A stretch of DNA of 64,000 nt, taken from Bryobacterales bacterium. Lineage in GTDB: Bacteria; Acidobacteriota; Terriglobia; Bryobacterales; UBA6623. Position 1 is the first letter of the stretch. Every line of letters begins with the position of its first letter. The DNA lies in NCBI GenBank assembly GCA_965242705.1, contig OZ251486.1, forward strand, positions 202,736 through 266,735, in the 5' to 3' direction. Below are positions 1 to 9,636 of the stretch, one piece after another. The notes beneath the pieces are model-generated. The model was not told the origin of the DNA, did not search any database, and worked only from the letters and a program-made list of their open reading frames with translations. Both the position numbers and the translations under genes were made by a program.

Positions 1-914
1 AGGCACTGCCGCCCGAAGGCCCGCGTCTCATCCCGGTCCAGGCCGTAAGCCTCTTTCGTTCTTTCCCCTTCCGAGCCGAGATCGACGATGCCCGGAACCT
101 CGCTCTGCATGCGGAAGGCCAGCTCGTAGTTTTCCATGCGCGCGGCCAGCGCGCCGCCGTGGGACGGGCGCCTCGCGGCGTGTTTGCGGTTGAGCGCGGC
201 CAGCGCGTCGAGGCCGCGGCGCTGCTGTTCGCGCGTTTTCCACTTGGGCGGCTCGAGATCGAGTATCGGCGAACCCGAAGCGCGCAGCGTCGTGCCCTGG
301 TAGTGCGCCGGCAGAAAACCGTTCGACCAGTTGCCCGCGCCGCCCTGCGGATAGGCCAGTTCGGTCATCACCACGTAGCCCGGCAGGTTGCGGTTCAGCG
401 TTCCCAGGCCGTAGTTCACCCAGGCGCCGACCGCCGGATCGCCGCCCAGCGTCGAACCGGTGTTCAGGTGGTACAGCGCGTCCGGATGGTTGACCGATTG
501 CGCTTGGCAGCCGCGGTAGATGCAAAGCTCGTCGGCGACCGCGGCATCGGCCATATGCTGGAAGCGGTCGCACATCTCGATGCCCGACTTGCCCGCCTTG
601 CGGAAGCCGAACGGGCTGCCCACGTAGTAGGTTTTCGCCTTGACCTCGACCAGCACCTGGTTCGGGTCGCGCACCGACTCGGTCAGGTGCAGATCGTTGA
701 GCTTGGGCTTGGGGTCGAAGGTGTCCATGTGCCCGGGGCCGCCTTCGAGAACGATGAAGATGCAGGCCTTCGCCTTGGCCTCGACCATCGGCGCTTTCGG
801 CGCCAACGGCCCGGCGGGCGCCGCCGCGCGGGCTTCCTCGGCCAGCAGCGCGCTGAAGGCCGTTGCGCCCAGCGAAGCGCCCAGTCCGTAGAGAAGCTCG
901 CGGCGGCTGGTCAT
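1..914 (-). CDS. DUF1501 domain protein (sulfatase-like, Tat-type signal); 3' end lies outside the window
   Basis: Absent from the ORF track because no stop codon falls inside the window. Reading the minus strand from the ATG at 914-912 gives MTSRREFLYGLGASLGATAFSALLAEEARAAAPAGPLAPKAPMVEAKAKACIFIVLEGGPGHMDTFDPKPKLNDLH...GSPFGFRKAGKSGIEMCDRF...SVNHPDALYHLNTGS..., open down to position 1. It has a twin-arginine-like SRREFL signal and an LEGGxxHxDTFDPKP core typical of DUF1501. It sits 19 nt downstream of a DUF1549/DUF1553 gene, the usual pairing. Confidence 0.85.
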   Translation of the reverse strand, partial: MTSRRELLYGLGASLGATAFSALLAEEARAAAPAGPLAPKAPMVEAKAKACIFIVLEGGPGHMDTFDPKPKLNDLHLTESVRDPNQVLVEVKAKTYYVGSPFGFRKAGKSGIEMCDRFQHMADAAVADELCIYRGCQAQSVNHPDALYHLNTGSTLGGDPAVGAWVNYGLGTLNRNLPGYVVMTELAYPQGGAGNWSNGFLPAHYQGTTLRASGSPILDLEPPKWKTREQQRRGLDALAALNRKHAARRPSHGGALAARMENYELAFRMQSEVPGIVDLGSEGERTKEAYGLDRDETRAFGRQC

Positions 915-933
915 ACCCTGCATTTCGCGCCCC

Positions 934-3690
934 CTAATAAACGTACACGAACTCGTTGCTGTTGAAAAGCAGCAGGCCCAGATCGGCCAGAGCCCGCGTC
1001 TCCGGGCCGACTTGCCAAGCCTTGACGTCGGCCTTGTAGTCTTCGAATACCGGCAGCCGTTCCTCGTAATCGAACGGCTTGCCGCTGAACTCCTCGACCA
1101 GAGAGCGCCGCACGCGCGTCGGATAGGGTACGGGCTCGGGCTCGCGGGCGCGGTGATGCGCCTGCATCTCGCGCGCGTAACCGCGCATGGCGCGCAATTC
1201 TTCGGCGTCGGGCTCGCGCTGGTAGGCCAGCAGGAACGCTCGGGCGATCCGCCCGCGCAGCGTCGGGGCTTCCCCTTCGAGCCGCAGGGCGAAGGCGATC
1301 GAGCGGTCGGTCGCCGCGTCGGAGTTCATCATCGTCAACGCTTGCGGGCTTACTGAGGCCGAGTCGCGCCGCTCGCACGATTCGTTGGGGTTGGGCTGGT
1401 TGAGCACGTCGAGGAAGGGGTCGGCCTGCCCGCGCACGCGGTAGGCGTAGATCGAGCGGCGGTTGCGCTCCTCGGGCGTCGGCGAAGGTTGATGCGCCGG
1501 CGCGATCGAAAACTGGATCATGCGCGGCTGCAAGGCGGCTTCCATGTTGATTTCCGGCATGGCCGGCAAGCCGCCGATTTCGCGGTTCAACTCTCCCGAA
1601 ACGGCCAGCATGCTGTCGCGGATTTCCTCGGCAGCCAGCCGCCGCGGCTCGAACCGCGCCAGCAGCGCGTTGCCGGGATCGCGCTCGCGCAGACGCTCCG
1701 CCTCGGCGTGCTCGGTCGATTGCCGATAGAGATCGGAAGTCATGATCAGCCGGTGCAGCCGCTTGATCGACCAGCCGTGCGCCGTGAAGTCGGCCGTCAG
1801 CCAGTCGAGCAGTTGCGGATGGGTCGGCTTGGCGCCGGCGGCGCCGAAATTGTTGGGGTTGGCGGCCAGGCCGCGGCCGAAATGGTACGCCCATACCCGG
1901 TTGACGATCGAGCGGGTCGAGAGCGGGTTGCGCGGGTCGGCGATCCAGCGGGCAAGTTGCAGCCTGCGCCCTTCCAGGCCGGTCGGCAGCGCGTAGGGGT
2001 CGCCCGCCGGCTCGGCGTTCGCCGGCAGGCCGGCCGCGCTGAGCACGCCCGGAGTCACCGGCTCGGTCGGCGCGTGAACCGAGCCGCCGGCGAAAATCGC
2101 CGATTGCGGACGCCACTCCGGATCCATATCTTTCGGCATGCGCAGCTTGCGGCCGTTGCCCGGAATGTAGTCCGCTCCGTTGAATACCGACTGCGCCAGG
2201 GGTTCGTAGCGCTCGAGGCGGCGCGTCCAGATCCACTCGTCCTGCATGCGCACCTTTTGCCGCCCCTCTTCCACGTGCGTGAATCCGTAGTGGCGGGGAG
2301 GCTTTTCCGCGTCGGGCAGCTTGGCGCGCTCCGCTTTCGGCGCATAGGGCTTGCCCCGCTCGGCGTACCAGCGGCGCGCGGCGTCTTCGAGCATGTTGTC
2401 CAGCGCGGTTTTGCGCTCGCTTGCGAAATCCCTGAGCTTCTCGACGCGCCGCCGCCCGGACTCGAACCGCGCCAGATTTTCCCTCTCGCTGAACGCCGCC
2501 GGGCGCTCGGCGATCTGCGTGGCCGCGAACGCGGCGTAGAAGCGGTAATAGTCGCGCGTGGGGATCGGGTCGAACTTGTGGTCGTGGCACTTGGCGCAGC
2601 GCAGCGGCATCGAAAGAAACGTCTGGCCGACGCTGTGAACCACGTCGTCGAGATAGGCTTGGCGCGCGATTTTCTTGGGCAGCATGGCCGAACCCCACGG
2701 GCCCATGCGCAAAAAACCGGTCGCCACGAGCATTTCCGGGTTGTCCGGCTCGAGCTCGTCTCCGGCAATCTGCTCGACAACGAAACGGTCGTAGGGCTTG
2801 TCGTCGTTGAACGAGCGGATCACGTAGTCGCGGTAGCGCCAGGCGTTCGAGCGCTCGTAGTCGTTGGAATTGCCCGCGGTGTCGGCGTAGCGCGCGACGT
2901 CGAGCCAGTGGCGGCCCCATTGTTCGCCGTAATGAGGGCTTGCCAGCAGGCGGTCGATCAGCGCTTCCCAGGCCGCCGGCGAATCGTCTTCGAGAAAGGC
3001 GCGCGCCTCGGCGGGGTCCGGCGGCAGTCCGGTCAGGTCGTAGCTCGCCCGGCGCAGCAGCGTCAGCTTGTCCGCCGGCCCGGCGGGCGCGATGCCGGCC
3101 GCGTCGAGCTTCGCCCGGTGAAAGGCGTCGATCGGGTTGCCGCCGCCCGTTCGGGGGCGATCTGGAACGTCCGGTTGCTTCACCGGCCGGAACGCCCACA
3201 GGTCTTCCGGCTTGTAGCGGCGGTTGGTCCAATCGTCGGAGAGGCCGCCGCTGGTGGCCGCGCGGACGCCGCCGTCCGCGCTCGGCTCGCTTCGGTAGCG
3301 TTCGAGCGCTGCGTCGTCGGGCCAGGGAGCGCCCGCGTCGATCCAGGCGCGGATGCCGCCGATCTGCTCTTCGGTCAGGCGATCGTTCTGCTTGGGCGGC
3401 ATTTGCAGCTTGGGGTTGGCCCAAGAGACGGCCTCGACGACGGCGCTCGCCGCCGCGTCGCCCGGCGCGATGCCGGCGCGCCCCGAGTTTCCGCCGCGCA
3501 GCAGCCCTTCGCGGGTCGTCAGATCGAGTCCGCCGAGCGCCGGAACCGGGCCTTGCCCGTGGCAGGCGAAACACTTCGCCGCCAGCAGCGGCTGCACTTC
3601 GCGGGCGAACAGAGCCGCGGCGTCGAGCTCCGCCGCGGCGCCGGCCGCCGGCAGCCCCAAGGCAATCAGAGCGACAAGAAATCGAGCCAC
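934..3690 (-). CDS. PSCyt1/DUF1549/DUF1553 (PSD1) family protein with an N-terminal c-type haem motif
   Basis: 918-aa ORF with signal peptide MARFLVALIALGLPAAGAAA, a CFACHG (CxxCH) motif near the N-terminus, a central RCAKCHDHKFDPI motif characteristic of DUF1549, and a long DUF1553-like C-terminal part. It is followed by the DUF1501 partner gene. Confidence 0.9.
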   Translation of the reverse strand: MARFLVALIALGLPAAGAAAELDAAALFAREVQPLLAAKCFACHGQGPVPALGGLDLTTREGLLRGGNSGRAGIAPGDAAASAVVEAVSWANPKLQMPPKQNDRLTEEQIGGIRAWIDAGAPWPDDAALERYRSEPSADGGVRAATSGGLSDDWTNRRYKPEDLWAFRPVKQPDVPDRPRTGGGNPIDAFHRAKLDAAGIAPAGPADKLTLLRRASYDLTGLPPDPAEARAFLEDDSPAAWEALIDRLLASPHYGEQWGRHWLDVARYADTAGNSNDYERSNAWRYRDYVIRSFNDDKPYDRFVVEQIAGDELEPDNPEMLVATGFLRMGPWGSAMLPKKIARQAYLDDVVHSVGQTFLSMPLRCAKCHDHKFDPIPTRDYYRFYAAFAATQIAERPAAFSERENLARFESGRRRVEKLRDFASERKTALDNMLEDAARRWYAERGKPYAPKAERAKLPDAEKPPRHYGFTHVEEGRQKVRMQDEWIWTRRLERYEPLAQSVFNGADYIPGNGRKLRMPKDMDPEWRPQSAIFAGGSVHAPTEPVTPGVLSAAGLPANAEPAGDPYALPTGLEGRRLQLARWIADPRNPLSTRSIVNRVWAYHFGRGLAANPNNFGAAGAKPTHPQLLDWLTADFTAHGWSIKRLHRLIMTSDLYRQSTEHAEAERLRERDPGNALLARFEPRRLAAEEIRDSMLAVSGELNREIGGLPAMPEINMEAALQPRMIQFSIAPAHQPSPTPEERNRRSIYAYRVRGQADPFLDVLNQPNPNESCERRDSASVSPQALTMMNSDAATDRSIAFALRLEGEAPTLRGRIARAFLLAYQREPDAEELRAMRGYAREMQAHHRAREPEPVPYPTRVRRSLVEEFSGKPFDYEERLPVFEDYKADVKAWQVGPETRALADLGLLLFNSNEFVYVY

Positions 3691-3787
3691 GGATTTTCGC
3701 CCCTTACCCTACCATATCCTGCCTGCGGCTGCGCCCGCTGCTTTTTGCCTGCTTGTTCAGGCCTTCCCTGAAGGCATTCGCCGCGGT

Positions 3788-5593
3788 TCATTGCCGCGAC
3801 TTGGCGCGCTGCGAATAGGCGTTGAACAGATACTGCGCCACCATGCGGTGCGTATTGAAGAACGAGCCGTTGAGGGCGATTGTCGAGCGCATCACTGCTG
3901 CGTAATCGTTGGGGCGTTCGTAGAACATGGGAATCACCGGACGCTCGAGCTTGCCGTACAGCGAGTGCGCCACCGAGCCTTCGTCATCGGGCGCATTGCG
4001 GCGGTTGGCCGCCGACCAGCCGGTGACGCCCTCGACGTGGCCTTCGATCCACCAGCCGTCGAGAACGCTCAGGCTGGGCACGCCGTTGAGCGCCGACTTC
4101 ATGCCGCTGGTGCCCGATGCCTCGCGGGTTTTTTCCGGCGTGTTGAGCCACAGATCGACGCCGCTCGTCAGAAGCTGTCCCCAGCGCATATCGTAGTCTT
4201 CGACATAGACCAGGCGCACCGCCCCGCCGAGATCCCCGGCGGCGGCGAAGACGCGGCGGATGAGTTCCTTGCCGCCTTCGTCCCGCGGGTGGGCCTTGCC
4301 GCCGTAAACGAGCTGGATGGGCCCCATGTTTTGCGCGATCCAACGCAGCCTGTCGAGACTGTGGAAGAGCAGGTCGGCGCGCTTGTAGGGGGTGGCGCGC
4401 CGGGCGAAGCCGATCGTGAATACGCCGTCGTCGAGCCGGACGCCGGTTTTGCGTCCGACCGCCGCGAGCAGGTCGGCCTTGGCTTCGCGGTGCGCTTCGA
4501 CGATTTCGACGATGGGAATATCGACCGCATAGCGCAGGTAGGCGTTATCGAGCCGCCACTCGGGGACGTGCTTGTCGAAAAGGCGGCGCATGGGCGCGGC
4601 GGTCCAGGTTGCGGCGTGGACTCCGTTGGTGACGGCGCGGATGCGGTAGTTGGGAAACATGGCCTGCGAGACGCCCTGGTGGATGCGCGCGACGCCGTTG
4701 ACGTAATTGGCGCATTTCAGGGCCAGGTGGGTCATGTTCAGCTTTTCGTTTTCGAGCAGGCCGAGGGCGGCCAACGCGGTCGTCCGCTCGGCGCCCAGCA
4801 CGCTTTCGACCAGCGGCTTGGGGAAGGAATCGTGGCCGGCGGGCACCGGGGTGTGCGTGGTGAACACGCAGCGCCGCCGCACGGCCCCGACGTCCGCGCG
4901 GTCGGCGGCGGCGCCCTTGGCCGCCTCCCGCTGTTCGAGCAGGTAGAGGGCGAGCAGCGCCGAGTGGCCTTCGTTCATGTGGTAGGCGTCGAGGTCGGCG
5001 CGGCCCAGCGCGCGCAGCATCTGCATGCCGCCGATGCCCAGGATCGCTTCCTGGCAGAGGCGGTAGCGGTCGTCCCCGCCGTAGAGCGAATGCGTCAGTT
5101 CGCGGTCGAGCGGCGCGTTCGGCTCGACGTCGCTGTCGAGCAGGTAAACGGGGACGACGTGGCCGCCGACGCCGCGCACCATGTACCGCCAAGCGCGCAG
5201 GACGACCGTGCGCCCCTCGATCGGCACGGCAACGCGCGGCTCCATTTCGTCGAGATGGAGTTCCGGGCGCCACGAGGCGGCGCTTTCGCTCTGGTTGCCC
5301 GCGGCGTCGAGCGACTGGCGGAAGTAGCCTTTGCGGTAGAGCAGCGTCACGCCGACCATGCGGATGCCCAGATCGGCCGCCGAGCGCAGCGTATCGCCGG
5401 CAAGCATGCCCAGCCCGCCCGAAAACGTGGGCAAGTCGTTCTCCAGGCCGATTTCCATCGACAGGTAGCCGACCGTCGTGCCGTCGGCCGGGCCGAAGGC
5501 GCGGGGCGCTGCGGCGGCGGGGTTTTTCTGCGCGGCGCCGGCAAGCGCCGCGGTTGCCGCGGGCGCGGCGTTTTCTGTTTCCGGTTGTTTCAT
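3788..5593 (-). CDS. glgP: alpha-glucan (glycogen/maltodextrin) phosphorylase, GT35 'alpha-glucan family phosphorylase'
   Basis: 601-aa ORF starting at the ATG at 5593. It contains YLSMEIGLENDLPTFSGGLGMLAGDTLRSAADLG, YHMNEGHSALL and the PLP-lysine region EASGTSGMKSALNG. It lies within the glycogen gene cluster. Confidence 0.9.
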   Translation of the reverse strand: MKQPETENAAPAATAALAGAAQKNPAAAAPRAFGPADGTTVGYLSMEIGLENDLPTFSGGLGMLAGDTLRSAADLGIRMVGVTLLYRKGYFRQSLDAAGNQSESAASWRPELHLDEMEPRVAVPIEGRTVVLRAWRYMVRGVGGHVVPVYLLDSDVEPNAPLDRELTHSLYGGDDRYRLCQEAILGIGGMQMLRALGRADLDAYHMNEGHSALLALYLLEQREAAKGAAADRADVGAVRRRCVFTTHTPVPAGHDSFPKPLVESVLGAERTTALAALGLLENEKLNMTHLALKCANYVNGVARIHQGVSQAMFPNYRIRAVTNGVHAATWTAAPMRRLFDKHVPEWRLDNAYLRYAVDIPIVEIVEAHREAKADLLAAVGRKTGVRLDDGVFTIGFARRATPYKRADLLFHSLDRLRWIAQNMGPIQLVYGGKAHPRDEGGKELIRRVFAAAGDLGGAVRLVYVEDYDMRWGQLLTSGVDLWLNTPEKTREASGTSGMKSALNGVPSLSVLDGWWIEGHVEGVTGWSAANRRNAPDDEGSVAHSLYGKLERPVIPMFYERPNDYAAVMRSTIALNGSFFNTHRMVAQYLFNAYSQRAKSRQ

Positions 5594-5648
5594 CTCTCGG
5601 TTGGTTTTCGGGGTCGTATTTCGGGGGCGGGCGGTGGCGGAAGGGAGA

Positions 5649-7454
5649 TCAGGCCGCGCTCGCGGCGGCCGGGGCGGGCGGACGCTGCCGCTCCGCTTGG
5701 CGCGGCCGCAGCGCCTCGGCGTCGATTCCGTACAGCGGCGCGTAACGCGAGAAGACCGTTTCCCAACGGTAATTCTCGCGCACGTCGCGGTTCGCCGCCT
5801 GCTGCATTTCGGCCAGTTCCCGCGGCGCGGCGTAAAGCGAGAGCGCCCGCCGCATGGAGTTGACCAGCCCGCGCAGGTTCTCGCGGTCGTTGGTGGCGAA
5901 ATAACCGATGCCGGTCACGCCGTCGGCCACCTTGGCCAAGCCGCCGACCTGATTGACGATGGGAATGTTGCCGTTCAACTGGGCGATCATGTCGATCAGC
6001 CCGCAAGGCTCGAAGCGCGAAGGCACCAGGAAGAAGTCGCCCGCGGCGTAAATGTTGGCCGCCAGCCGCTCGCTGAACCCCTTGAGCACGACGACCCTGC
6101 CGGGGAACCGCTCGACCAGAGCTTTCAGGTTGCGCAGCAGAAACGGCTCGTTGCCCTCGCCGAACACGCAAAGCCCGGCGGAGGCGTGGATGCGCAGGAT
6201 TTCCTCGGCGGCGCGGGCGACGATATCGACACCCTTTTGCCCCGTCCAGCGGCCCACGAACGAAAACAGGCAGCCGTCGGAGGGCATGGCCTGCAAGCCG
6301 CCGAATTGATTTTCCGTCCCGATGCCCCAGCGCGCGGCGAACCCGTCGCGGGAAACCTGATGGATGAAACGGCCTTTGCACTCCTGCTTCCAGTCGAACG
6401 ACGCGCTCTGCGGGCGGGCGATTTCCAGCGCTTCCCACTGCGCCTCGGGACCCTTGATGTCGGGCGCGATGCCGTTGGTGATGCCGCGGATGGTAATGTT
6501 GTTCCGCCCCAAGAACTCCGAGAGAGCGCTGACCTCGCTGTCGCCTCCCGAGGTCGAAAGCCAGGCGCCTTGCACTTCCCAGGCGTAGCCGTCGCTGACG
6601 GTCGTCAGATAGTCGGCGTACAGTCCGGCCGCGCCCAGCGGATCGAATTCGCCTTCGATGACGCACTCTTCGACGTCGCGCCGATCGAGGCCGGCGACCG
6701 CCGCTACGTACTGCAAATCATGGCAGCGCTGGCGGTAGCCGGTTCCGCAATTGTGCGCCGTGACGAGAAAGCGGCTGCCGGCGAACGAAGCGTACGCCTC
6801 CGATTTGTTGGCCAGCATCGGCAGCAGCGCCGTGTGCGCGTCGTGGCAGTGGAACGCGGGGTTGCGCAAGCCCAGGCGCTCGGCCAGTTCCAGAGCGGCC
6901 TTCTGCAGCAGGACGTTCATGGCGAAGTAGTCGTAATGCCCGGCGCCCTCTTCGATGGGCGCGTCCCGCGGCGGCGGCTCGGCGCCGCAAAACGTCTCGG
7001 CGGCCGGGTCGAGGGCGGCGAACGCCTGCGCTTCGCGGCTGCTGTACACGTAGGGCTTGTCTTTGCCTGCGAAGCGCTCGGCGCGGATCAGCGCCAGGCG
7101 CAGACGCGCGCCGGCGCGAATGGCGATGGAATGCACGCCGACGCGCTCGCGCCGCGTCGGCGCGTCAGCGTAGGCCATATCGACCAGAAAATCTCCGACC
7201 GCCTCGCGGACGATCTGCGCTTCGGGAGCGGGCAGCGCGCGCGTCAGACGCGCGCCCATGCGCTCGAGCGATTCCTCGCGGAAGGGGCCGTAGCAGGGGA
7301 TGACGATCGTCGTGTCGAAGCCCTGCCGGACGCACTGCGCCGCCAACTGCAAGACGACGTCGCCTACGCCCCCGGCGACGGCCGCGCCGGCGCATTCGCG
7401 GGCGACGTGAACGATCTCGACCGGGGCTTCGCCGGCGTTTCCCGCGGATTTCAT
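5649..7454 (-). CDS. glgA: glycogen/starch synthase (GT5), about 600 aa and longer than typical GlgA
   Basis: The ORF 5649..7490 contains IVHVARECAGAAVAGGVGDVV (the KxGGL-like region), a GT1-type C-terminal half (FVGRWTGQKGVD...PSRFEPCGL) and a C-terminal Ala/Pro-rich tail. I place the start at the ATG 7454-7452 (MKSAGNAGEAPVEIVHV...) because it is preceded by AAGGAGG 5 nt upstream. The track start at 7490 is a non-ATG alternative. Confidence 0.85.
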   Translation of the reverse strand: MKSAGNAGEAPVEIVHVARECAGAAVAGGVGDVVLQLAAQCVRQGFDTTIVIPCYGPFREESLERMGARLTRALPAPEAQIVREAVGDFLVDMAYADAPTRRERVGVHSIAIRAGARLRLALIRAERFAGKDKPYVYSSREAQAFAALDPAAETFCGAEPPPRDAPIEEGAGHYDYFAMNVLLQKAALELAERLGLRNPAFHCHDAHTALLPMLANKSEAYASFAGSRFLVTAHNCGTGYRQRCHDLQYVAAVAGLDRRDVEECVIEGEFDPLGAAGLYADYLTTVSDGYAWEVQGAWLSTSGGDSEVSALSEFLGRNNITIRGITNGIAPDIKGPEAQWEALEIARPQSASFDWKQECKGRFIHQVSRDGFAARWGIGTENQFGGLQAMPSDGCLFSFVGRWTGQKGVDIVARAAEEILRIHASAGLCVFGEGNEPFLLRNLKALVERFPGRVVVLKGFSERLAANIYAAGDFFLVPSRFEPCGLIDMIAQLNGNIPIVNQVGGLAKVADGVTGIGYFATNDRENLRGLVNSMRRALSLYAAPRELAEMQQAANRDVRENYRWETVFSRYAPLYGIDAEALRPRQAERQRPPAPAAASAA

Positions 7455-7599
7455 GGCGCCCTCCTTTTTTTCCCGCGCCCCGCGCGGCAAACGGCGCAGG
7501 CGGCCGACTCGAACCCGGAGCCGGGCGATCGTCGATTCTGTAACGGGGGCAGGCGCAGAAGCCCGCGCCTGTCTTCAGTTTGACAGCAGCGCAGCCGGC

Positions 7600-9636
7600 G
7601 TGTCAAAAATATCTTCTTTGGAATCCCCGCCCAACGCCGGCGAAGCCGCCCCGGCCGAGTTCGCCTTGTTTTCGGAAAACGCCGAGCGGGTTACCCTCTG
7701 TTTTTTCGATTCGCCCGGCGACGCGCAAGAGTCCGCGGCTTTCGACTTGACGCGAGGCCCCGGCGGCGTCTGGCGCACGCATCTCGCGGGCATCGCTCCG
7801 GGGCAACTCTACGGCTACCGCGTACACGGCCCCAACCGACCGGAAAGCGGCCTGCTTTTCAACCCCGGCAACATTCTGCTCGACCCCTGTGCCCGGGCGA
7901 TCGGCCGCCCGGCGCGTTGGGCGGCGGCCGCGCCGAGCGGCGGCGCATACCCCGCCGACTGGCAGGCTCCGCTGGGCGCGGTCATCGACCCGCGCTTCGA
8001 CTGGCAGGACGACAGGCCGCCGAACACGCCTTGGCGCGATACCGTCATCTACGAGTTGCACGCGCGCGGCTTTTCGATGCGCAATCCCGCCGTACGCGCG
8101 CCGCTGCGCGGAACTTACGCCGGCCTCGCCGCGCCGGCTTCGGTGGAGCATCTGCTCAAGCTGGGCGTGACCGCCGTCGAGTTGCTGCCGGTGCAGCATC
8201 ACGTGGACGATTACCGCCTCGAACGGCTCGGCCTGACCAACTACTGGGGCTACCAGCCGTTGGCCTGGTTCGCCCCGGAGCCCTCTTACGCCGCCGCCGC
8301 GGAGCCGCAAGGGGTGGTCGATGAGTTCAAGAGCATGGTGCGCGCGCTGCACCGGGCGGGCATCGAAATCATTCTCGACGTGGTTTATAACCACACCGGC
8401 GAAGGCGGCCCCGACGCCCCGCCGCTTTCGCTGCGCGGCATCGACAACGCCTGCTACTACCGCCTTGCCGCCGACCGCCGCGAATATCTCGACTACTCGG
8501 GTTGCGGCAACTCGCTGAACATCAATCATCCGGCGGCGCTGCGGCTGGTGATGGACAGCCTGCGCTACTGGGTCGAGGAAATGCACGTGGACGGCTTCCG
8601 CTTCGACCTGGCGGCGAGTCTCGGCCGCACGCCGAGCGGATTCAAGCGCTGGGCGCCGTTTTTCATGGCCGTTTCCCAAGACCCCGTGCTGCGCCGGGTG
8701 AAGCTGATCGCGGAGCCGTGGGATCTGGGTCCCGGCGGCTACCGGTTGGGCCGGTTCCCCAGCGGCTGGGCGGAGTGGAACTCGTGGTTCCGCGACGACG
8801 CGCGCCGTTTCTGGCTGGGGGACGCCGAGGCGGGCAGGATGGGCATGCGCCTCGCCGGCAGCAGCGATCTTTTCGAACGCCGCGGCCGGACGCCGCAAGC
8901 CGGCATCAACCTGATCACCGCCCACGACGGCTTCACCCTGGCCGATCTCGTGTCGTACAACGAACGGCGCAACGAAGGCAACGGCGAGGACGGACGCGAC
9001 GGCGAACGCTCGAATCACAGTTGGAACCACGGCGTGGAAGGCCCGACGGACGACGAAGCGGTGCGCGCGCTCCGCCGGCGGCAGCAGCGCAATCTGACGG
9101 CCTCGCTGCTGCTTTCGCAGGGCGTTCCGATGCTGTTGGCGGGGGACGAGATCGGCAGAACGCAGCAGGGCAACAACAACGCCTATTGTCAGGACAATGC
9201 GATTTCCTGGCTCGATTGGGGTCTTGATGCCGACGGCGGGGCGCTCTGCGCGTTCACGGCCCGGCTGATTGCGCTGCGCAAGCGGTTCCCGACCCTGCGC
9301 CGCGCGGCTTTTTTCCGCGGGGAGCCCGAGCCGCCGTGTCCGGCGAAAGATATTCTCTGGCTCAGGCCGGACGGGCAGATGCGCTCCGCGGATTGGCGGG
9401 ATCGCAGCCGGCGCTGTTTCGGCGCGCGCATTGCCGGCAACGCGCAGGCGCCGGCGCTTCTGGCGCTGCTGAACCCGGCGGCGGAGGCGGTTTCGTTTGC
9501 GCTGCCCGGCGCGGCGGACTGGGAATTGCTGCTCGACACCGCCGACGATGCGGCTTGCGGCTCGCGGCACGGCGGCGCTTATCCGCTTGCGCCGCGATCG
9601 CTGGCCCTGTTCGAGCAGCCCGAGGCATGCGCATGA
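7600..9636 (+). CDS. glgX: glycogen debranching enzyme (GH13, GlgX-type isoamylase)
   Basis: The ORF 7453..9636 contains FALFSENAERVTLCFFD (the N-terminal CBM48 region) and the four GH13 regions DVVYNHT, GFRFDLA, LIAEPWD and LITAHDGFTL. The start is uncertain. The ATG at 7453 overlaps the divergent glgA start, and an in-frame GTG at 7600 gives an N-terminus of normal length. Confidence 0.85.
   Translation: MSKISSLESPPNAGEAAPAEFALFSENAERVTLCFFDSPGDAQESAAFDLTRGPGGVWRTHLAGIAPGQLYGYRVHGPNRPESGLLFNPGNILLDPCARAIGRPARWAAAAPSGGAYPADWQAPLGAVIDPRFDWQDDRPPNTPWRDTVIYELHARGFSMRNPAVRAPLRGTYAGLAAPASVEHLLKLGVTAVELLPVQHHVDDYRLERLGLTNYWGYQPLAWFAPEPSYAAAAEPQGVVDEFKSMVRALHRAGIEIILDVVYNHTGEGGPDAPPLSLRGIDNACYYRLAADRREYLDYSGCGNSLNINHPAALRLVMDSLRYWVEEMHVDGFRFDLAASLGRTPSGFKRWAPFFMAVSQDPVLRRVKLIAEPWDLGPGGYRLGRFPSGWAEWNSWFRDDARRFWLGDAEAGRMGMRLAGSSDLFERRGRTPQAGINLITAHDGFTLADLVSYNERRNEGNGEDGRDGERSNHSWNHGVEGPTDDEAVRALRRRQQRNLTASLLLSQGVPMLLAGDEIGRTQQGNNNAYCQDNAISWLDWGLDADGGALCAFTARLIALRKRFPTLRRAAFFRGEPEPPCPAKDILWLRPDGQMRSADWRDRSRRCFGARIAGNAQAPALLALLNPAAEAVSFALPGAADWELLLDTADDAACGSRHGGAYPLAPRSLALFEQPEACA

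Noticed and set aside
159-9570. Long Arg/Ala/Gly/Pro-rich ORFs overlapping real genes (159..965+, 911..3574-, 1489..3771+, 3353..5863+, 5478..7583+ and 7603..9570-).
   Set aside because: These are typical off-frame or antisense shadow ORFs of high-GC DNA. They have low-complexity composition and no recognisable domains, and each is fully covered by a gene with clear family signatures in another frame.
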